In this document: positions 7,643-18,860 of the stretch, in pieces
Layout of the letters: every line of letters begins with the position of its first letter
How positions within the stretch are numbered: the stretch's first letter is position 1
From: Thermodesulfobacteriota bacterium
GTDB taxonomy: Bacteria > Desulfobacterota_D > UBA1144 > Nemesobacterales > UBA2774
DNA length: 64,000 bases
Direction: 5' to 3'
NCBI GenBank assembly: GCA_963422265.1
Contig: OY729416.1
Span: 1,408,001 to 1,472,000, forward strand
Notes under the pieces: generated by a model
Seen by the model: only the letters and a program-made list of their open reading frames with translations
Told to the model about the DNA's origin: nothing
Database searches by the model: none
Translations under genes and position numbers: made by a program

Positions 7643-8524
7643 TTAAACACCTTTATCTTCAAGACCTTCTGGTACCTCTCCATAATAAATAGAACCCTCT
7701 TGGTAGAGAGCTCTTATCTTTTCCTTAGGCATATCGGGCATACCCTCCGTAAGTCCAAACATCCGGCAAAGGTGCTTTAATTCTTCATCTCTACCTGGAT
7801 GAGGTGCCATTGGCTGTATCATCTTTGCCTCTCTCAACTGTTCCTTCACCCGTGAGTCTTCCTTTAGAGGAGTGCCGTATTCATTATAGTGATACAGCTT
7901 GTCAAAGCGCTTTCTGGGACGTTGTCCAGGTGCCTCAGCCGCGTATCCTACTGCCATGAGCCATAAGGGCACGACGTTCTCAGGTATGCCAAGCACCTTA
8001 GGAAATTCAGCCGGCTTCCTTCCAGTTGCAAGTAGGCATGTTCCAAGCCCAAGCTCTGTCGCCGCCAGCATGGAATGTGCAATAGCCTGTCCAGCTTCTA
8101 TCCTCAGCAGGTCCTCCGCCCTGTCCCGAGGGAAACTCATCAAACGCGGATAGGTAGTTTCTGTAAGTATCTTATACGTCCATCCATAAGCAGCCGTTAC
8201 GGCTCTTGCGGGGAACAGCACAGAAAAAGACTCCACAAGCTCCTTATACCATGCGTCCATGTTTATTAACCAAGCAATAACGATTGGTGCTTGTCTAAGC
8301 TGCTGCTCGTTGAACGTTGAAGCGCATTCAACTATTTGCTCAAACCTGTCCTTGGGATAAGTCTTTTTGTCTATAACTATTGCCTCCGTAGAACCGCAGT
8401 TGCCCTGACAGGACGCATATCTTGCAGCCTGAAGTATCCTTTGAATTTTCCAGTCTTCTACTTCCTGCCAAGGTTTGAAAAACCTAATGCTCCTTCTCGT
8501 TCCAACTGCCTCTAGAAGTTCCAT
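7643..8524 (-). CDS. Nitroreductase family protein
   Basis: RRSIRFF at N-terminus; LAATELGLGTC; AVGY. Confidence 0.85.
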   Translation of the reverse strand: MELLEAVGTRRSIRFFKPWQEVEDWKIQRILQAARYASCQGNCGSTEAIVIDKKTYPKDRFEQIVECASTFNEQQLRQAPIVIAWLINMDAWYKELVESFSVLFPARAVTAAYGWTYKILTETTYPRLMSFPRDRAEDLLRIEAGQAIAHSMLAATELGLGTCLLATGRKPAEFPKVLGIPENVVPLWLMAVGYAAEAPGQRPRKRFDKLYHYNEYGTPLKEDSRVKEQLREAKMIQPMAPHPGRDEELKHLCRMFGLTEGMPDMPKEKIRALYQEGSIYYGEVPEGLEDKGV

Positions 8525-8592
8525 TTGCCCTGCCTCCTTTACTATAAATTGGGTTAATTCCCCCGACTAGTCATTATGAATTTAAGAACTAC

Positions 8593-9216
8593 TTAAATCT
8601 CTCTAGCCTCTCTAAGTCTGCTTATTAATGTTTTAATTTCTTCCGATTTAATTTTCATGCTTACTCTATTAACGACGAGTCTTGCTGTAATATCTGCAAT
8701 TGTTTCAAACTCAACAAGGTTATTCTTCTTAAGGGTTTCACCAGTCGCGGTTAAATCTACAATTACATCTGAAAGCCCAGCAATCGGCGCCAGTTCCACC
8801 GACCCATAGAGCTTTACTATTTCAGATACAATGCCTTTAGCCGTAAAATACTCGTGTGAGATTTTGGGATACTTCGTCGCTACCCTTAGTTGCTTGGCTG
8901 AACCGTAATCAAACTCCTTCAAAGCCGCTACTACTAATCTACATTGCCCGATTCCCATATCCAAAGGTTCGTATAAGTCATATTTTTCTTCAATAAGGGT
9001 ATCCTTACCTACTACTCCACAGTCCGCAGCTCCATGTTCCACGTAGGATGGAACGTCGGCAGGACGCATAACCAGTATCTTCATCCCTAACTTTGGGTAC
9101 TCAAATATGAGTTTTCTTGAATCCTCGCTCATACTGCTTAACGGATATCCAGCTTTGTCGAGAAGCTTTACTGCCTCAATTAACAATCTTCCCCTTGCCA
9201 TAGCCATAGTTATCAT
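8593..9216 (-). CDS. hisG: ATP phosphoribosyltransferase, short form
   Basis: DVPSYVEHGAADCGVVGKD, ATKYP, LYGSVELAP; 207 aa. Confidence 0.95.
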   Translation of the reverse strand: MITMAMARGRLLIEAVKLLDKAGYPLSSMSEDSRKLIFEYPKLGMKILVMRPADVPSYVEHGAADCGVVGKDTLIEEKYDLYEPLDMGIGQCRLVVAALKEFDYGSAKQLRVATKYPKISHEYFTAKGIVSEIVKLYGSVELAPIAGLSDVIVDLTATGETLKKNNLVEFETIADITARLVVNRVSMKIKSEEIKTLISRLREAREI

Positions 9217-10469
9217 TTTTTATCTCTCCATATCCTAGCCCCCAAATTTTCTAGCTTTCTGTCCAATTTTTCGTAACCCCTGTCCAGATGGTATATGCGG
9301 GAAATCTCCGTCCTCCCATTAGCCGAGACGCCTGCTAATACCAGCGAAGCGCTTGCCCTGAGATCACTCGCCATAATAGGCGCCCCGCTTAGATGCGGTA
9401 CTCCTCTAACAACGGCGTTGTTTCCTACGAGCTTCACATCGGCTCCCATCCTCCTAAGCTCGCCCGCATGTAGAAACCTCTGGGGGAATATATTCTCGGT
9501 AATAATGCTTAGTCCGTCCGCAATGCTCATTAACGACATCATCTGCGCTTGCATATCAGTTGGAAACCCAGGATATGGCAGAGTGGTAAAATCAATGCTC
9601 TTTGCCCGATAATCCCCCTCCACTCTTATTCCCCTTTCCTCACGAGTTATATTAGCCCCTGTCTCCAGCAGTTTGCTGATAAGCGAACCTAAATTCTCAA
9701 AGCGGACACCCTTAATCAATAGATTCCCTTTAGTCATTATCGACGCAATCATAAACGTTCCCGCCTCAATTCTGTCTGGCATCACCTTGTGATCCTTAAT
9801 TGGCGATAGCTTCTCAACCCCTCTAATCGTTATAATGTCAGTTCCAGCGCCCGTAATGTCAGCGCCCATTTTATTAAGGGCATTCGCCAGTTCTACAACC
9901 TCTGGCTCACAGGCGGCGTTCAGCAAAATAGTCTCTCCTTGAGCAAGTGCTGAAGAAAGAATAAGGTTCTCAGTACCGGTTACTGTGGAGACGTCAAAAG
10001 GAATTATGCCCCCCTTCAGCTTAGGGGCAGCTATTTCGATGTAACCCTCCTCTATCCGCACCTGCGCTCCTAGGATTCTCAGCCCCTTGAGATGCTGGTC
10101 TATGGGTCTTTCCCCAATAGCACACCCTCCCGGAAGGGAAACTCTACACTTGCCAAACCTAACGGTAAGGGGACCCAATACGAGAACGGACGCGCGCATA
10201 GTCTTTACAAGATCGTAAGGTGCTATCCACCTCTTTAGATTTGTAGTATTAATAGTCAGGTCGCCATCTTGATAGTCTATACGAGCACCAAGAATTTCAA
10301 GTAACCTCGCCATAGTCCTGACATCGGCAAGATCAGGAACGTTAGTAAGAACGTGATCGCCATCTGCCAGTATTGAAGCTGCCATGAGAGGTAAAACGGC
10401 ATTTTTCGCACCGCTTATATCCACATCTCCTACCAATCTGGCGGCGCCCTCTATTATTATTTTTTCCAC
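9213..10469 (-). CDS. murA: UDP-N-acetylglucosamine 1-carboxyvinyltransferase
   Basis: [29 protein letters not shown]. Confidence 0.98.
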   Translation of the reverse strand: MEKIIIEGAARLVGDVDISGAKNAVLPLMAASILADGDHVLTNVPDLADVRTMARLLEILGARIDYQDGDLTINTTNLKRWIAPYDLVKTMRASVLVLGPLTVRFGKCRVSLPGGCAIGERPIDQHLKGLRILGAQVRIEEGYIEIAAPKLKGGIIPFDVSTVTGTENLILSSALAQGETILLNAACEPEVVELANALNKMGADITGAGTDIITIRGVEKLSPIKDHKVMPDRIEAGTFMIASIMTKGNLLIKGVRFENLGSLISKLLETGANITREERGIRVEGDYRAKSIDFTTLPYPGFPTDMQAQMMSLMSIADGLSIITENIFPQRFLHAGELRRMGADVKLVGNNAVVRGVPHLSGAPIMASDLRASASLVLAGVSANGRTEISRIYHLDRGYEKLDRKLENLGARIWRDKK

Positions 10470-11329
10470 TTGGCTTTGACAACTCTTCCTATATTACTAA
10501 TATCACTAACTGAAGAGATGCTATGAAAACCGTATTCTTCAAATAGCTCATCTACCCTTACGTCTTGTCCTTGTCCTACCTCTAACAAGCACCAGCCCCC
10601 CCCTTTGAGAAGGTTTCTGGAGTTGCTGATTATATTTTTAATATAATACAACCCATCTTCGCCAGCCAACAAAGATTTTCTAGGCTCATAATCCTTAACG
10701 TCTGGCTCCAATAAATGAAACTCACCCTCTGAAACATAAGGTGGATTGGATACTACTACGCCAAATTTACCACCCTTAAAACCGTAAGATAAATCAGCAT
10801 TTACAAACACTATTCTTAGGTGAGAGTTATGCCTACGGGCATTCCTCCCCGCCACTGATAGCGCTTTGAAAGATATATCAGTCGCATAAATGCTCAAGCT
10901 GTCATGCTCACAAGCGAGGGTAACGGCTAAGCATCCACTCCCCGTACCCACTTCCAGTATAGTCGGTGATTCCATCTTATCCAATACTTTTAATGTTTCC
11001 TCAACCAAAATTTCAGTTTCGGGTCTCGGTATGAGAACCTGTGAATTAACCTCAAAAGTCCTTGAATAAAATTCCTTTTCCCCCACGACGTAAGCCATAG
11101 GCTCTCCCGCCATTCTTCTTTTAATTAATTGGAAAAGCTGCTCACCTGCCCATTTCCCCACGTCCTTTTCCGGAAAGACGTAAATATCGGAGATGGCTTT
11201 AACTACTCCTAATTTTAACAACAAGATTGATATTTCGCGCCCTGGGCTTTCTACGGAACTACGTTTAAGCTCTTTCTTCCCAAGGTGATAGAGGTCTTTT
11301 AATTGCATGGAGTGGTCGCACAGCGTCAC
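10457..11329 (-). CDS. prmC: Release factor glutamine methyltransferase
   Basis: LIPRPETE, GTGSG, SNPPY; true start may be ATG near 11308. Confidence 0.95.
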   Translation of the reverse strand: MTLCDHSMQLKDLYHLGKKELKRSSVESPGREISILLLKLGVVKAISDIYVFPEKDVGKWAGEQLFQLIKRRMAGEPMAYVVGEKEFYSRTFEVNSQVLIPRPETEILVEETLKVLDKMESPTILEVGTGSGCLAVTLACEHDSLSIYATDISFKALSVAGRNARRHNSHLRIVFVNADLSYGFKGGKFGVVVSNPPYVSEGEFHLLEPDVKDYEPRKSLLAGEDGLYYIKNIISNSRNLLKGGGWCLLEVGQGQDVRVDELFEEYGFHSISSVSDISNIGRVVKAKWKK

Positions 11330-11439
11330 AAAGCTATCTAGTTTATCAATTTTCTATTAAGTTTGCAACCAAATGCTTTGGGACATGCAAGCAACTAGTA
11401 GCTATCAGAGGCTGTTCTTTTACCAACTGTGCAAAAACG

Positions 11440-11465
11440 AGATCCTAAAATGAGTTCAGGATGAC
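11440..11465. repeat. Isolated short REP-like palindrome
   Basis: AGATCCTAAAATGAGTTCAGGATGAC imperfect inverted repeat in intergenic region. Confidence 0.4.
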
Positions 11466-11621
11466 CATTTAAGACAGGGGACAAAGACTCAGGAAAGGGA
11501 GACAGTGTCATTTACTTTCCCTCCCCCCTCTCCATTTCTCTGACAGCTCTTCTGAGATTTTACCCGATTCTCAGTATACGAGTTTTAGTTTGTGATAATT
11601 TAAACCAAAGGGAGATTTAGT

Positions 11622-12284
11622 TCATTCCAGTTCTAAAGAATGATGTTTGAGCGTCTTTCCGCTTGCTATATAGTAAGTATCCTCGGCTATGTTGGTAGCT
11701 AGGTCTGCTACCCTTTCAAGCGACCTCGCTATTAGTATTAAGGTTAATGCTCTATCAATTGTTTGGGGGTCTGAGATCATATAAGTAACGAGCTCCCTTA
11801 CTATTTGCGGCTCAAGTGAATCGACCTCATCATCTTTTTTGCATACGTCAATTGCAAGCTGATAATCCTTGTTTACGAAAGCATCCAGGCTTTGTTGTAA
11901 CATCTCAATCGCTTTTTCAGCCATTTTAGGAATATCTATCAGCGGTTTTACCTGGGGTTTGTCGGCTAAATAGATAACCTTTTCGGCAATGTTAGCAGCA
12001 TGATCGCCTATTCTCTCAAGGTCATTGTTGATCTTCATAATCATCGTAACCGTTCTAAGGTCTTCCGCCTCCGGATGGTAAAGAGCAAAAATCCTAATGC
12101 ACTGATTATCTATCTCAATCTCCATTTCATCAACATTCTTATCACTTCTTATTACGTCTCCTGCTAAGATCATATTGTTTTCTCTAAGCGCCACTATACT
12201 TTTGCCAATCATCTCCTCTACGGAGGTCGCCATTTCAAAGAGCATCTTCTTTAATTTACCGATTTCCTCTTCCAATCTAACCAT
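11622..12284 (-). CDS. phoU: Phosphate signalling complex protein
   Basis: DLERIGDHA.NIAE and LERVADLATNIAE motifs; downstream of pst. Confidence 0.95.
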   Translation of the reverse strand: MVRLEEEIGKLKKMLFEMATSVEEMIGKSIVALRENNMILAGDVIRSDKNVDEMEIEIDNQCIRIFALYHPEAEDLRTVTMIMKINNDLERIGDHAANIAEKVIYLADKPQVKPLIDIPKMAEKAIEMLQQSLDAFVNKDYQLAIDVCKKDDEVDSLEPQIVRELVTYMISDPQTIDRALTLILIARSLERVADLATNIAEDTYYIASGKTLKHHSLELE

Positions 12285-12345
12285 AATTTTTTTCTTAAAA
12301 TGTAGCAGAGACTAACAAGGTTTTGGAGTCACGTATAAAATACGT

Positions 12346-12783
12346 TTAGTAGTGTTCAAACTCGCTTGCTAACCAATTTCTAATCTCATCCCTGACTTTT
12401 CTGAAGCCGTATAATATTTCCTCATCCTTTCCCCTAAACTTAGATGGATCTACAAATCCCTTATGAATAAGTCTATAGGCGCCCGGAAGAGCAGGACAGC
12501 TCTCCTTAGCACTGCTGCAAACAGTTACTACGTAATCGAATTTGTCGCCGACAAAGTTATCAATACTTTTTGACTTATGACCTGAAATATCTATCCCCAA
12601 TTCTTTCATGGCGCGCACAGCGTATGGATTTACCCGTGAAGGCTGCGTGCCCGCACTTAGAGCATCAAACCTGTCTCCATACAAATCCCTTAGCAGTCCC
12701 TCCGCCATTTGGGATCGCGCGGAATTGTGAGTGCAGAGAAATAAAACCCTTTTCTTATCTTCCCTCTTCATCTCATCCAGCAA
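12346..12783 (-). CDS. arsC: Arsenate reductase (LMW-PTP family)
   Basis: LFLCTHNSARSQMAEG, VTVC....ESCP, DP motif. Confidence 0.9.
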   Translation of the reverse strand: MLDEMKREDKKRVLFLCTHNSARSQMAEGLLRDLYGDRFDALSAGTQPSRVNPYAVRAMKELGIDISGHKSKSIDNFVGDKFDYVVTVCSSAKESCPALPGAYRLIHKGFVDPSKFRGKDEEILYGFRKVRDEIRNWLASEFEHY

Positions 12784-12819
12784 ATTAATTTACTAAAAAG
12801 CCTTTAAGAAATAATTGCA

Positions 12820-13695
12820 TTATCCGAATTTTCCTGAAACATAGTCTTCGGTTTGTTTCAGCTTTGGATTGAGAAAAATAGTCTCGGTAGTATCATACTC
12901 TATAAGTTCACCCATATACATAAAAGCCGTATAGTCCGAGACGCGCGATGCTTGCTGCATATTGTGGGTTACAATTACAATAGTGTAGTTTGCCTTAAGT
13001 TCAGTTATTAGATCCTCTATCTTACCCGTCGCAATCGGGTCGAGAGAAGAGCACGGCTCATCCATTAGAAGCACTTCAGGTTCTACTGCGATCGCCCTCG
13101 CTATACAGAGCCTTTGCATTTGACCACCTGACAGTCCAAGAGCGCTATCACTTAATCTATCGCTCACCTCATCCCAAAGAGCGGCTCCCTTTAAGCTGTT
13201 TTCTACAACCTCATCAAGTACCGATTTCCTGTTCTCGCCAGCGATACGCGCCCCGTAGGCTACGTTCTCATATACGGATTTAGGGAACGGGTTAGACTTC
13301 TGGAAAACCATGCCCACATTTTTTCTAAGCTCCGTTATATCTATAGCGGGATCGTGAACGTCGCGACCGTGGATTTTTATCTCTCCCTCTACGCGTGCCC
13401 CATCCACAAGATCATTAAGACGATTAAAACAGCGAAGAAGCGTTGACTTGCCACACCCTGAAGGTCCTATAAACGCAGTCGCTTTGTTCTTGGATATATC
13501 CATATCTATATCCTTCAAAGCCTGCTTCTTGCCATAAAATAAATTGACGCCTTTCACCTCTACCACAGGATCGGGAATTGACGGACTGGGAATCTGTTGA
13601 TGGCTAGTTTGAGACTCTTTAGGTTCATCTGTGCTGCCTACTTTGACTTGATCCCGCACTTTGTATTCCATTGTCTTATTGGCTAAGTTTAGCAA
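12820..13695 (-). CDS. pstB: Phosphate ABC transporter ATPase
   Basis: [33 protein letters not shown]. Confidence 0.97.
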   Translation of the reverse strand: MLNLANKTMEYKVRDQVKVGSTDEPKESQTSHQQIPSPSIPDPVVEVKGVNLFYGKKQALKDIDMDISKNKATAFIGPSGCGKSTLLRCFNRLNDLVDGARVEGEIKIHGRDVHDPAIDITELRKNVGMVFQKSNPFPKSVYENVAYGARIAGENRKSVLDEVVENSLKGAALWDEVSDRLSDSALGLSGGQMQRLCIARAIAVEPEVLLMDEPCSSLDPIATGKIEDLITELKANYTIVIVTHNMQQASRVSDYTAFMYMGELIEYDTTETIFLNPKLKQTEDYVSGKFG

Positions 13696-13744
13696 GCCCT
13701 CCTTTAGAATTACCTAATAGCCACGGCGGTGATTGTAACATAAA

Positions 13745-15373
13745 TTAGACCGCTGAGGTAGTGTATTTCTTTTTAAGCTGATTCCTTATTATTATGGCAG
13801 TCAAATTTAAGACTATAACTATCAATATGAGTAGCAGCGCAGTTGTAAAGACCATCGGTTTTGCGGCTTCGGCGTTAGGAGACTGAAATCCCACATCGTA
13901 TATGTGAAAACCCAGGTGCATAAACTTTCTTTCAAGGTGTACATAGGGAAAATATCCGTCTATAGGAAGGTCTGGTGCCAGCTTTACCACACCTGTAATC
14001 ATAAGGGGCGCTACTTCTCCAGTTGCGCGTGCTATAGCCAGAATGAGTCCAGTAAGTATAGCAGGTAGGGCACTAGGTATAACTATTTTCCAAGTCGTCT
14101 CAAACTTATTAGCCCCCAAGGCTAGCGAACCGTGTCGTATCTCATTGGGAACGGCAGCGAGACCCTCTTCGGTAGCTACGATAACAACAGGCACTGTAAG
14201 CAGTGCGAGAGTTAGAGATGCCCAAAGTATGCCCCCCGTTCCAAATGTAGGATTAGGAAGAGCTTCTTGATAGAAGATGCTATCTATCGACGCCCCCACC
14301 CCATAGATGAAGAAGCCTACGGCAAAAACCCCAAATACGATTGAAGGAACACCAGCAAGGTTGTTCACGCATATTCTCACTAATCTTACCAGCATGCCCT
14401 GCTTGGCGTACTCCCTAAGGTATAAAGCAGCTAGAACGCCGAACGGCAACACGACAAGGCTCATTATTAGCACCATCATAATAGTTCCAAATATGGCAGG
14501 AAACACACCCCCTTCCATGTTTGCTTCCCTTGGTTCTTCTGATACGAACACCCATGCCCTGTGTGCATAAAGTGAAGCCTTTTGAAACCAATTCATGGCA
14601 TTAGGTCTGTAGGCAAGCACTATATTCCCCAAAGACATCTCCTTTTCCTTTCCATCCACCGATAACATTACTATTTTCTCTTTATTAAATTCCTGATATA
14701 GAACGGATAATTCCTTCTCTTTCTCGTTGTATTTACCCTCTTGAACCTGGATTTTCGCTTCTATCTCTTTTATCTGACTTTTGTCTCTACCCTTTAACTC
14801 AATACCGCGTATTTGAAGCCTATACTTCTCAATCTCCCGGTTTATAGCACCTATTTCATTCTTTTCTATATCCCTTATCTTCTTATAGATGTTAGCATAA
14901 ACAGGTATTCCCTTCTCAAGAGTAGTCCAGCATTGCTCATTTTCCCTGCAGAGGAAGTCGCCGTTCTCTCTGATTTCCTTTATGAATCCATAGAAATTGC
15001 CCCATTCCCTTCTCTCTAAAACCACGAGATATTCAGGCTTAGATCGTTTTACTACTTGGTCATCGTCTATCCATCTAAAGTCTAGTCCATACAAGTCTCT
15101 ATTGCCTATTTTGAGCTGCGTTCTGTAACTATCCGCACCGTCTTTGGCATCCTTTATTTTCTCGCGGCCAGTAACTTCACCAATTACTTTGCTACCGTCT
15201 TTGAGCTTAAACTCCGCTACGGGCGATGGCCAGAAGAACCCCAGACCCTTAGCCATTATCAACCACAGCAATCCCGCAATCATAAGGAGGCTAAACATTA
15301 ACGCAACGCCAGTTAGCCATACAAAAGGATCACCATTCTTCCAGAACTTATTCATAAATCTCAACCTTAACAA
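13745..15373 (-). CDS. pstA: Phosphate ABC transporter permease, long form
   Basis: NLAGVPSIVFG, ARATGEVAPL; large N-terminal soluble insert. Confidence 0.93.
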   Translation of the reverse strand: MLRLRFMNKFWKNGDPFVWLTGVALMFSLLMIAGLLWLIMAKGLGFFWPSPVAEFKLKDGSKVIGEVTGREKIKDAKDGADSYRTQLKIGNRDLYGLDFRWIDDDQVVKRSKPEYLVVLERREWGNFYGFIKEIRENGDFLCRENEQCWTTLEKGIPVYANIYKKIRDIEKNEIGAINREIEKYRLQIRGIELKGRDKSQIKEIEAKIQVQEGKYNEKEKELSVLYQEFNKEKIVMLSVDGKEKEMSLGNIVLAYRPNAMNWFQKASLYAHRAWVFVSEEPREANMEGGVFPAIFGTIMMVLIMSLVVLPFGVLAALYLREYAKQGMLVRLVRICVNNLAGVPSIVFGVFAVGFFIYGVGASIDSIFYQEALPNPTFGTGGILWASLTLALLTVPVVIVATEEGLAAVPNEIRHGSLALGANKFETTWKIVIPSALPAILTGLILAIARATGEVAPLMITGVVKLAPDLPIDGYFPYVHLERKFMHLGFHIYDVGFQSPNAEAAKPMVFTTALLLILIVIVLNLTAIIIRNQLKKKYTTSAV

Positions 15374-15402
15374 TACACGTTCAATTTAGCTTACACATAT
15401 AT

Positions 15403-17721
15403 TTATAGCTGTCCGTATTTCTTTCTTAACCTCTGTCTTACCAGCTCCGCAGCCGTATTAACGATAAAAGTAAAAAAGAAAAGCAATAAGGCTGCCAGGA
15501 ACAATACCCTGTAAAGTGTTCCACCATGAGGAGCTTCGGGTATTTCAACGGCGATGTTCGCTGATAAAGCACGAAAACCGTTAAATATACTCCAATCCAT
15601 AATAGGGGTATTCCCCGTTGCCATAAGCACTATCATCGTTTCACCTATAGCCCTGCCCAAACCGATCATTATCGCAGAGAATATTCCTGGGCTAGCAGTA
15701 GGAAGTATTACTCTTACGGCAGTTTGCCAACGGTTAGCTCCAAGTGCCAGCGAACCGGCTTGCAAGTGTTTAGGCACACTGGATAAGGAATCTTCGGATA
15801 TTGTAAAGATTATAGGTATAACCGCGAATCCCATAGCAAACCCTATTATTAATGAGTTTCTCTGATCGTATTGCAGACCCAGCACGTTATAGAACCATTG
15901 CTTGTAGTCTCCACCAAAAATAGCGCTCTCTAACGGGGCGTTCAACCAAAAGCTAACTAGCAATCCAATTATGATTGCCGGAACTAAGAAAAAGAGCTCG
16001 GTTCCTACTTTAAACCTTCCTATTATTGATCGTGGCAGTCTTTGCCATACAAACACGCTTAAAAAGGTAAAGACCGTTAATACGATGGGTATGGTAAACA
16101 CCGCTGGAATCACTTTCTCAACGTGTGGCGCAAGCCAAAGCCCTGCGAAAAACCCTAGAACAACGCTAGGCAATGCAGCCATCACTTCTATAATAGGCTT
16201 AATTGTATTTCTAAGCGAAGGGTGCATAAACTGCGAAACGCATAAAGCAGCGAAAATAGAAAGTGGTATTGCTAAAGCTAGAGCGTATATAGCTCCCTTT
16301 AATGTCCCGAACACAAGGGGAGTCAGGCTTAGCTTGGGTTCAAAATCGTCCGTTCCTCCCGTTGACTGCCACACGAATTCAGGTTTGGGATAACCCTCGT
16401 ACCAGACCTTGCCGAAAAGGGTTTTCATATTTGTCTCAGGATGGTTGTTCTCTAGACCCCAGTTAAAAATCTTGCCTTTATCGTCAATTGCAACTATGCC
16501 GTCTGCTTTAGGAGAAAAAGCCATTCTGACGACCGGGGTGCCACCCGTGCTTAGCTTATCAAGCAACTGACCGGACGTTGTATGATAAAGCTTAATATTG
16601 CCATCTACGTCCGACGCGATAAACCCTCTATCCCTAGCCGAGGCAGTTATCTTAGTAATCGAGGACTCAAACGATGGAAATTGATGTATTCTTTTTAATA
16701 TTCTTCCCCTTGGCGAGCTTTCATCCGGTGCCTCAAACCAGACTGACACCTGCCCCACTTCGTCACCTACTACAAGCGAACGGTCGCCTAAAAGAAATGA
16801 GAGAGACGTAACGGCTATATCAGATTTAGCCGTCGCATCTATCACATCCAATAATGCTGGTTCTTCCCCGCCGTCAAGATTCCAATGGAAAACCTTTCCG
16901 TTCTCAGTACCTACAAAAAGGTTTGCAAGGTAATAATCAAGCTCAATTGAAGTAACCCTTGCCCCTTCAAGGCTATCCGTGAGGTTAAAGGTTGACTTTT
17001 CCTGTTTCGCTTCACCGATGCCAAAGTCATCGTCCGACTCTGTGAGAGTTACAAATATAAGCTCGTTTTTGGCAGTATAAGCTGCTGCGGCTGTGCCTTC
17101 GCCTTCTACGGATTCTTCATAAGCTATTCGAAGGAGCGCCGAGTCGCTCAAGCTAAATAGCCCTTTCTCTATAACTGAAGGGGTAATAATCCTGGAATCC
17201 CCATCAAAATCCACTTGATAGTTAAACCTAACGGGGAGAAGATTGCCGTTATCCAAACCAAGAGCGTAAAACTTATTGTTGATTGATACGAAGCTCGAAG
17301 TAACCCTTGCTCCTTCAACTCCAATTAATCCTATTTTTTTTATAACTTCGCCGTCTTCGAGTGACAGAAAGTAAACCACGCCATCGTTAGTAATGGTAAA
17401 GCCAATCTCCCTATATTCTTCAGTGCCAGTAGCGAGGAAAGGGAAATCGCTTTTGTCACTGCCATCAGTTGAGTATGAAGCAAGTTCAGGCGATTTCTCC
17501 AATACAAAAGAGCTTGAAAGCTCAGACTTAGCTCCTTCCCATAGAGGTAGGGTTTCAATACCTATAAACACCAGAATTGCGAGTATGCTAAGAATAATCG
17601 CAATTCCACCGGTTGTTACGACTCCGGTAGCTATACGATCAAAGAGTTTCCTCCGTCTTAATCCGGAGGAAACTCTTTGATCGCTTTTCTTATTTTCTCT
17701 AAGTTCTAGTTTTGGAGACAT
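15403..17721 (-). CDS. pstC: Phosphate ABC transporter permease with N-terminal beta-propeller-like domain
   Basis: EVMAALPSVVLGF, GRAIGETMIVLMATGN; operon position. Confidence 0.9.
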   Translation of the reverse strand: MSPKLELRENKKSDQRVSSGLRRRKLFDRIATGVVTTGGIAIILSILAILVFIGIETLPLWEGAKSELSSSFVLEKSPELASYSTDGSDKSDFPFLATGTEEYREIGFTITNDGVVYFLSLEDGEVIKKIGLIGVEGARVTSSFVSINNKFYALGLDNGNLLPVRFNYQVDFDGDSRIITPSVIEKGLFSLSDSALLRIAYEESVEGEGTAAAAYTAKNELIFVTLTESDDDFGIGEAKQEKSTFNLTDSLEGARVTSIELDYYLANLFVGTENGKVFHWNLDGGEEPALLDVIDATAKSDIAVTSLSFLLGDRSLVVGDEVGQVSVWFEAPDESSPRGRILKRIHQFPSFESSITKITASARDRGFIASDVDGNIKLYHTTSGQLLDKLSTGGTPVVRMAFSPKADGIVAIDDKGKIFNWGLENNHPETNMKTLFGKVWYEGYPKPEFVWQSTGGTDDFEPKLSLTPLVFGTLKGAIYALALAIPLSIFAALCVSQFMHPSLRNTIKPIIEVMAALPSVVLGFFAGLWLAPHVEKVIPAVFTIPIVLTVFTFLSVFVWQRLPRSIIGRFKVGTELFFLVPAIIIGLLVSFWLNAPLESAIFGGDYKQWFYNVLGLQYDQRNSLIIGFAMGFAVIPIIFTISEDSLSSVPKHLQAGSLALGANRWQTAVRVILPTASPGIFSAIMIGLGRAIGETMIVLMATGNTPIMDWSIFNGFRALSANIAVEIPEAPHGGTLYRVLFLAALLLFFFTFIVNTAAELVRQRLRKKYGQL

Positions 17722-17785
17722 TCAACAACCCTAAAACTAATTAGACATTAGCTTTAGTCAATCATTGCACCGGACTTACGTTAGC

Positions 17786-18772
17786 CTAACCACCAATGCT
17801 CTTCAGGATTTCCTTAACTTTGTCAGCCGGAAGTGGCAAATAACCGTCTTTAACTACAATCTCCTGACCCTCTTTGCTAAGCACGTATTTTAAGAACTCC
17901 ATACGTAGCGGATCAAGTGCTTCGTTAGGCTTTTTGTTGATGTATATATATAAATATCTTCCGAGTGGATATGCTTTGCTCATGATGTTTGCAAGGTTTG
18001 GCTCGGCGCATCCCGTTTTTTTCTCGAGCTTAATCGCCTTTACGCCTGAAGTGCGGTATCCAATACCGCTGTATCCCATGCCGGCTTTGTCTTCCGTTAT
18101 ACCCTGAACAACCGCTGACGATCCAGGCTGCTCTTTTACGGCGTCTTTATAGTCACCCTTGCATAACGCTTTCTTTTTGAAATAACCGTAAGTTCCAGAA
18201 GCCGAGTTTCTGCCATATAGACTTATAGGCCTTTTAGCCCAGCTATCTTTCAGTCCAACTTGTCCCCAGGTCACAACATCTTCAGCCCCGCCGCACTTTC
18301 TGTTCCTTGAAAAAACGGCGTCAACCTGCTTGATTGTTAGACACTCGATCGGGTTGTCCTTATTAACGAATACTGCTAGAGCGTCTATTGACGTCTGCAC
18401 GCTCGTAGGCTTGTACCCATACCTCTTCTCAAAACTATCTACCTCTTTAGACTTCATCTGACGGGACATAGGTCCGAACTGAGACGTTCCCTTTATAAGG
18501 GCAGGAGGTGCCGTGCTAGAACCCTTTCCCTCTATCTGACACTTGACGTTAGGATAGCTCTTTGTGAACCCTTCACACCAAAGAGTCATAAGGTTATTAA
18601 GCGTATCTGACCCTACGCTGCTGATGTTCCCCGACACGCCACTGGTTTTAGCGTATGATGGAATGCTAGGATCAACTTTCACCGGACCTGCTTTAACGAC
18701 GCCAGCGGTCAGCGCAAAAGCAAATATAAAAACACCAACTGCAAGACACCTCGTAAAAAGCGCTTTGCTCAT
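17786..18772 (-). CDS. pstS: Phosphate-binding protein
   Basis: Signal peptide; VGSDT, GKGSSTAPPAL, GRNSASGTY. Confidence 0.95.
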   Translation of the reverse strand: MSKALFTRCLAVGVFIFAFALTAGVVKAGPVKVDPSIPSYAKTSGVSGNISSVGSDTLNNLMTLWCEGFTKSYPNVKCQIEGKGSSTAPPALIKGTSQFGPMSRQMKSKEVDSFEKRYGYKPTSVQTSIDALAVFVNKDNPIECLTIKQVDAVFSRNRKCGGAEDVVTWGQVGLKDSWAKRPISLYGRNSASGTYGYFKKKALCKGDYKDAVKEQPGSSAVVQGITEDKAGMGYSGIGYRTSGVKAIKLEKKTGCAEPNLANIMSKAYPLGRYLYIYINKKPNEALDPLRMEFLKYVLSKEGQEIVVKDGYLPLPADKVKEILKSIGG

Positions 18773-18827
18773 CTTTTTATTACCTCCTTTAAGATTTTAA
18801 TATCCAAAGGATTAAAACTTATAAGTA

Positions 18828-18853
18828 TTAAGAGATTGTTAAGAGATCATTAA
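18828..18853 (-). promoter_or_regulatory. Pho-box-like triple direct repeat upstream of pstS
   Basis: TTAA cores at 18828, 18839, 18850 (11-bp period; TTAAGAGATTG TTAAGAGATCA TTAA). Confidence 0.65.
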
Positions 18854-18860
18854 ACACGGG

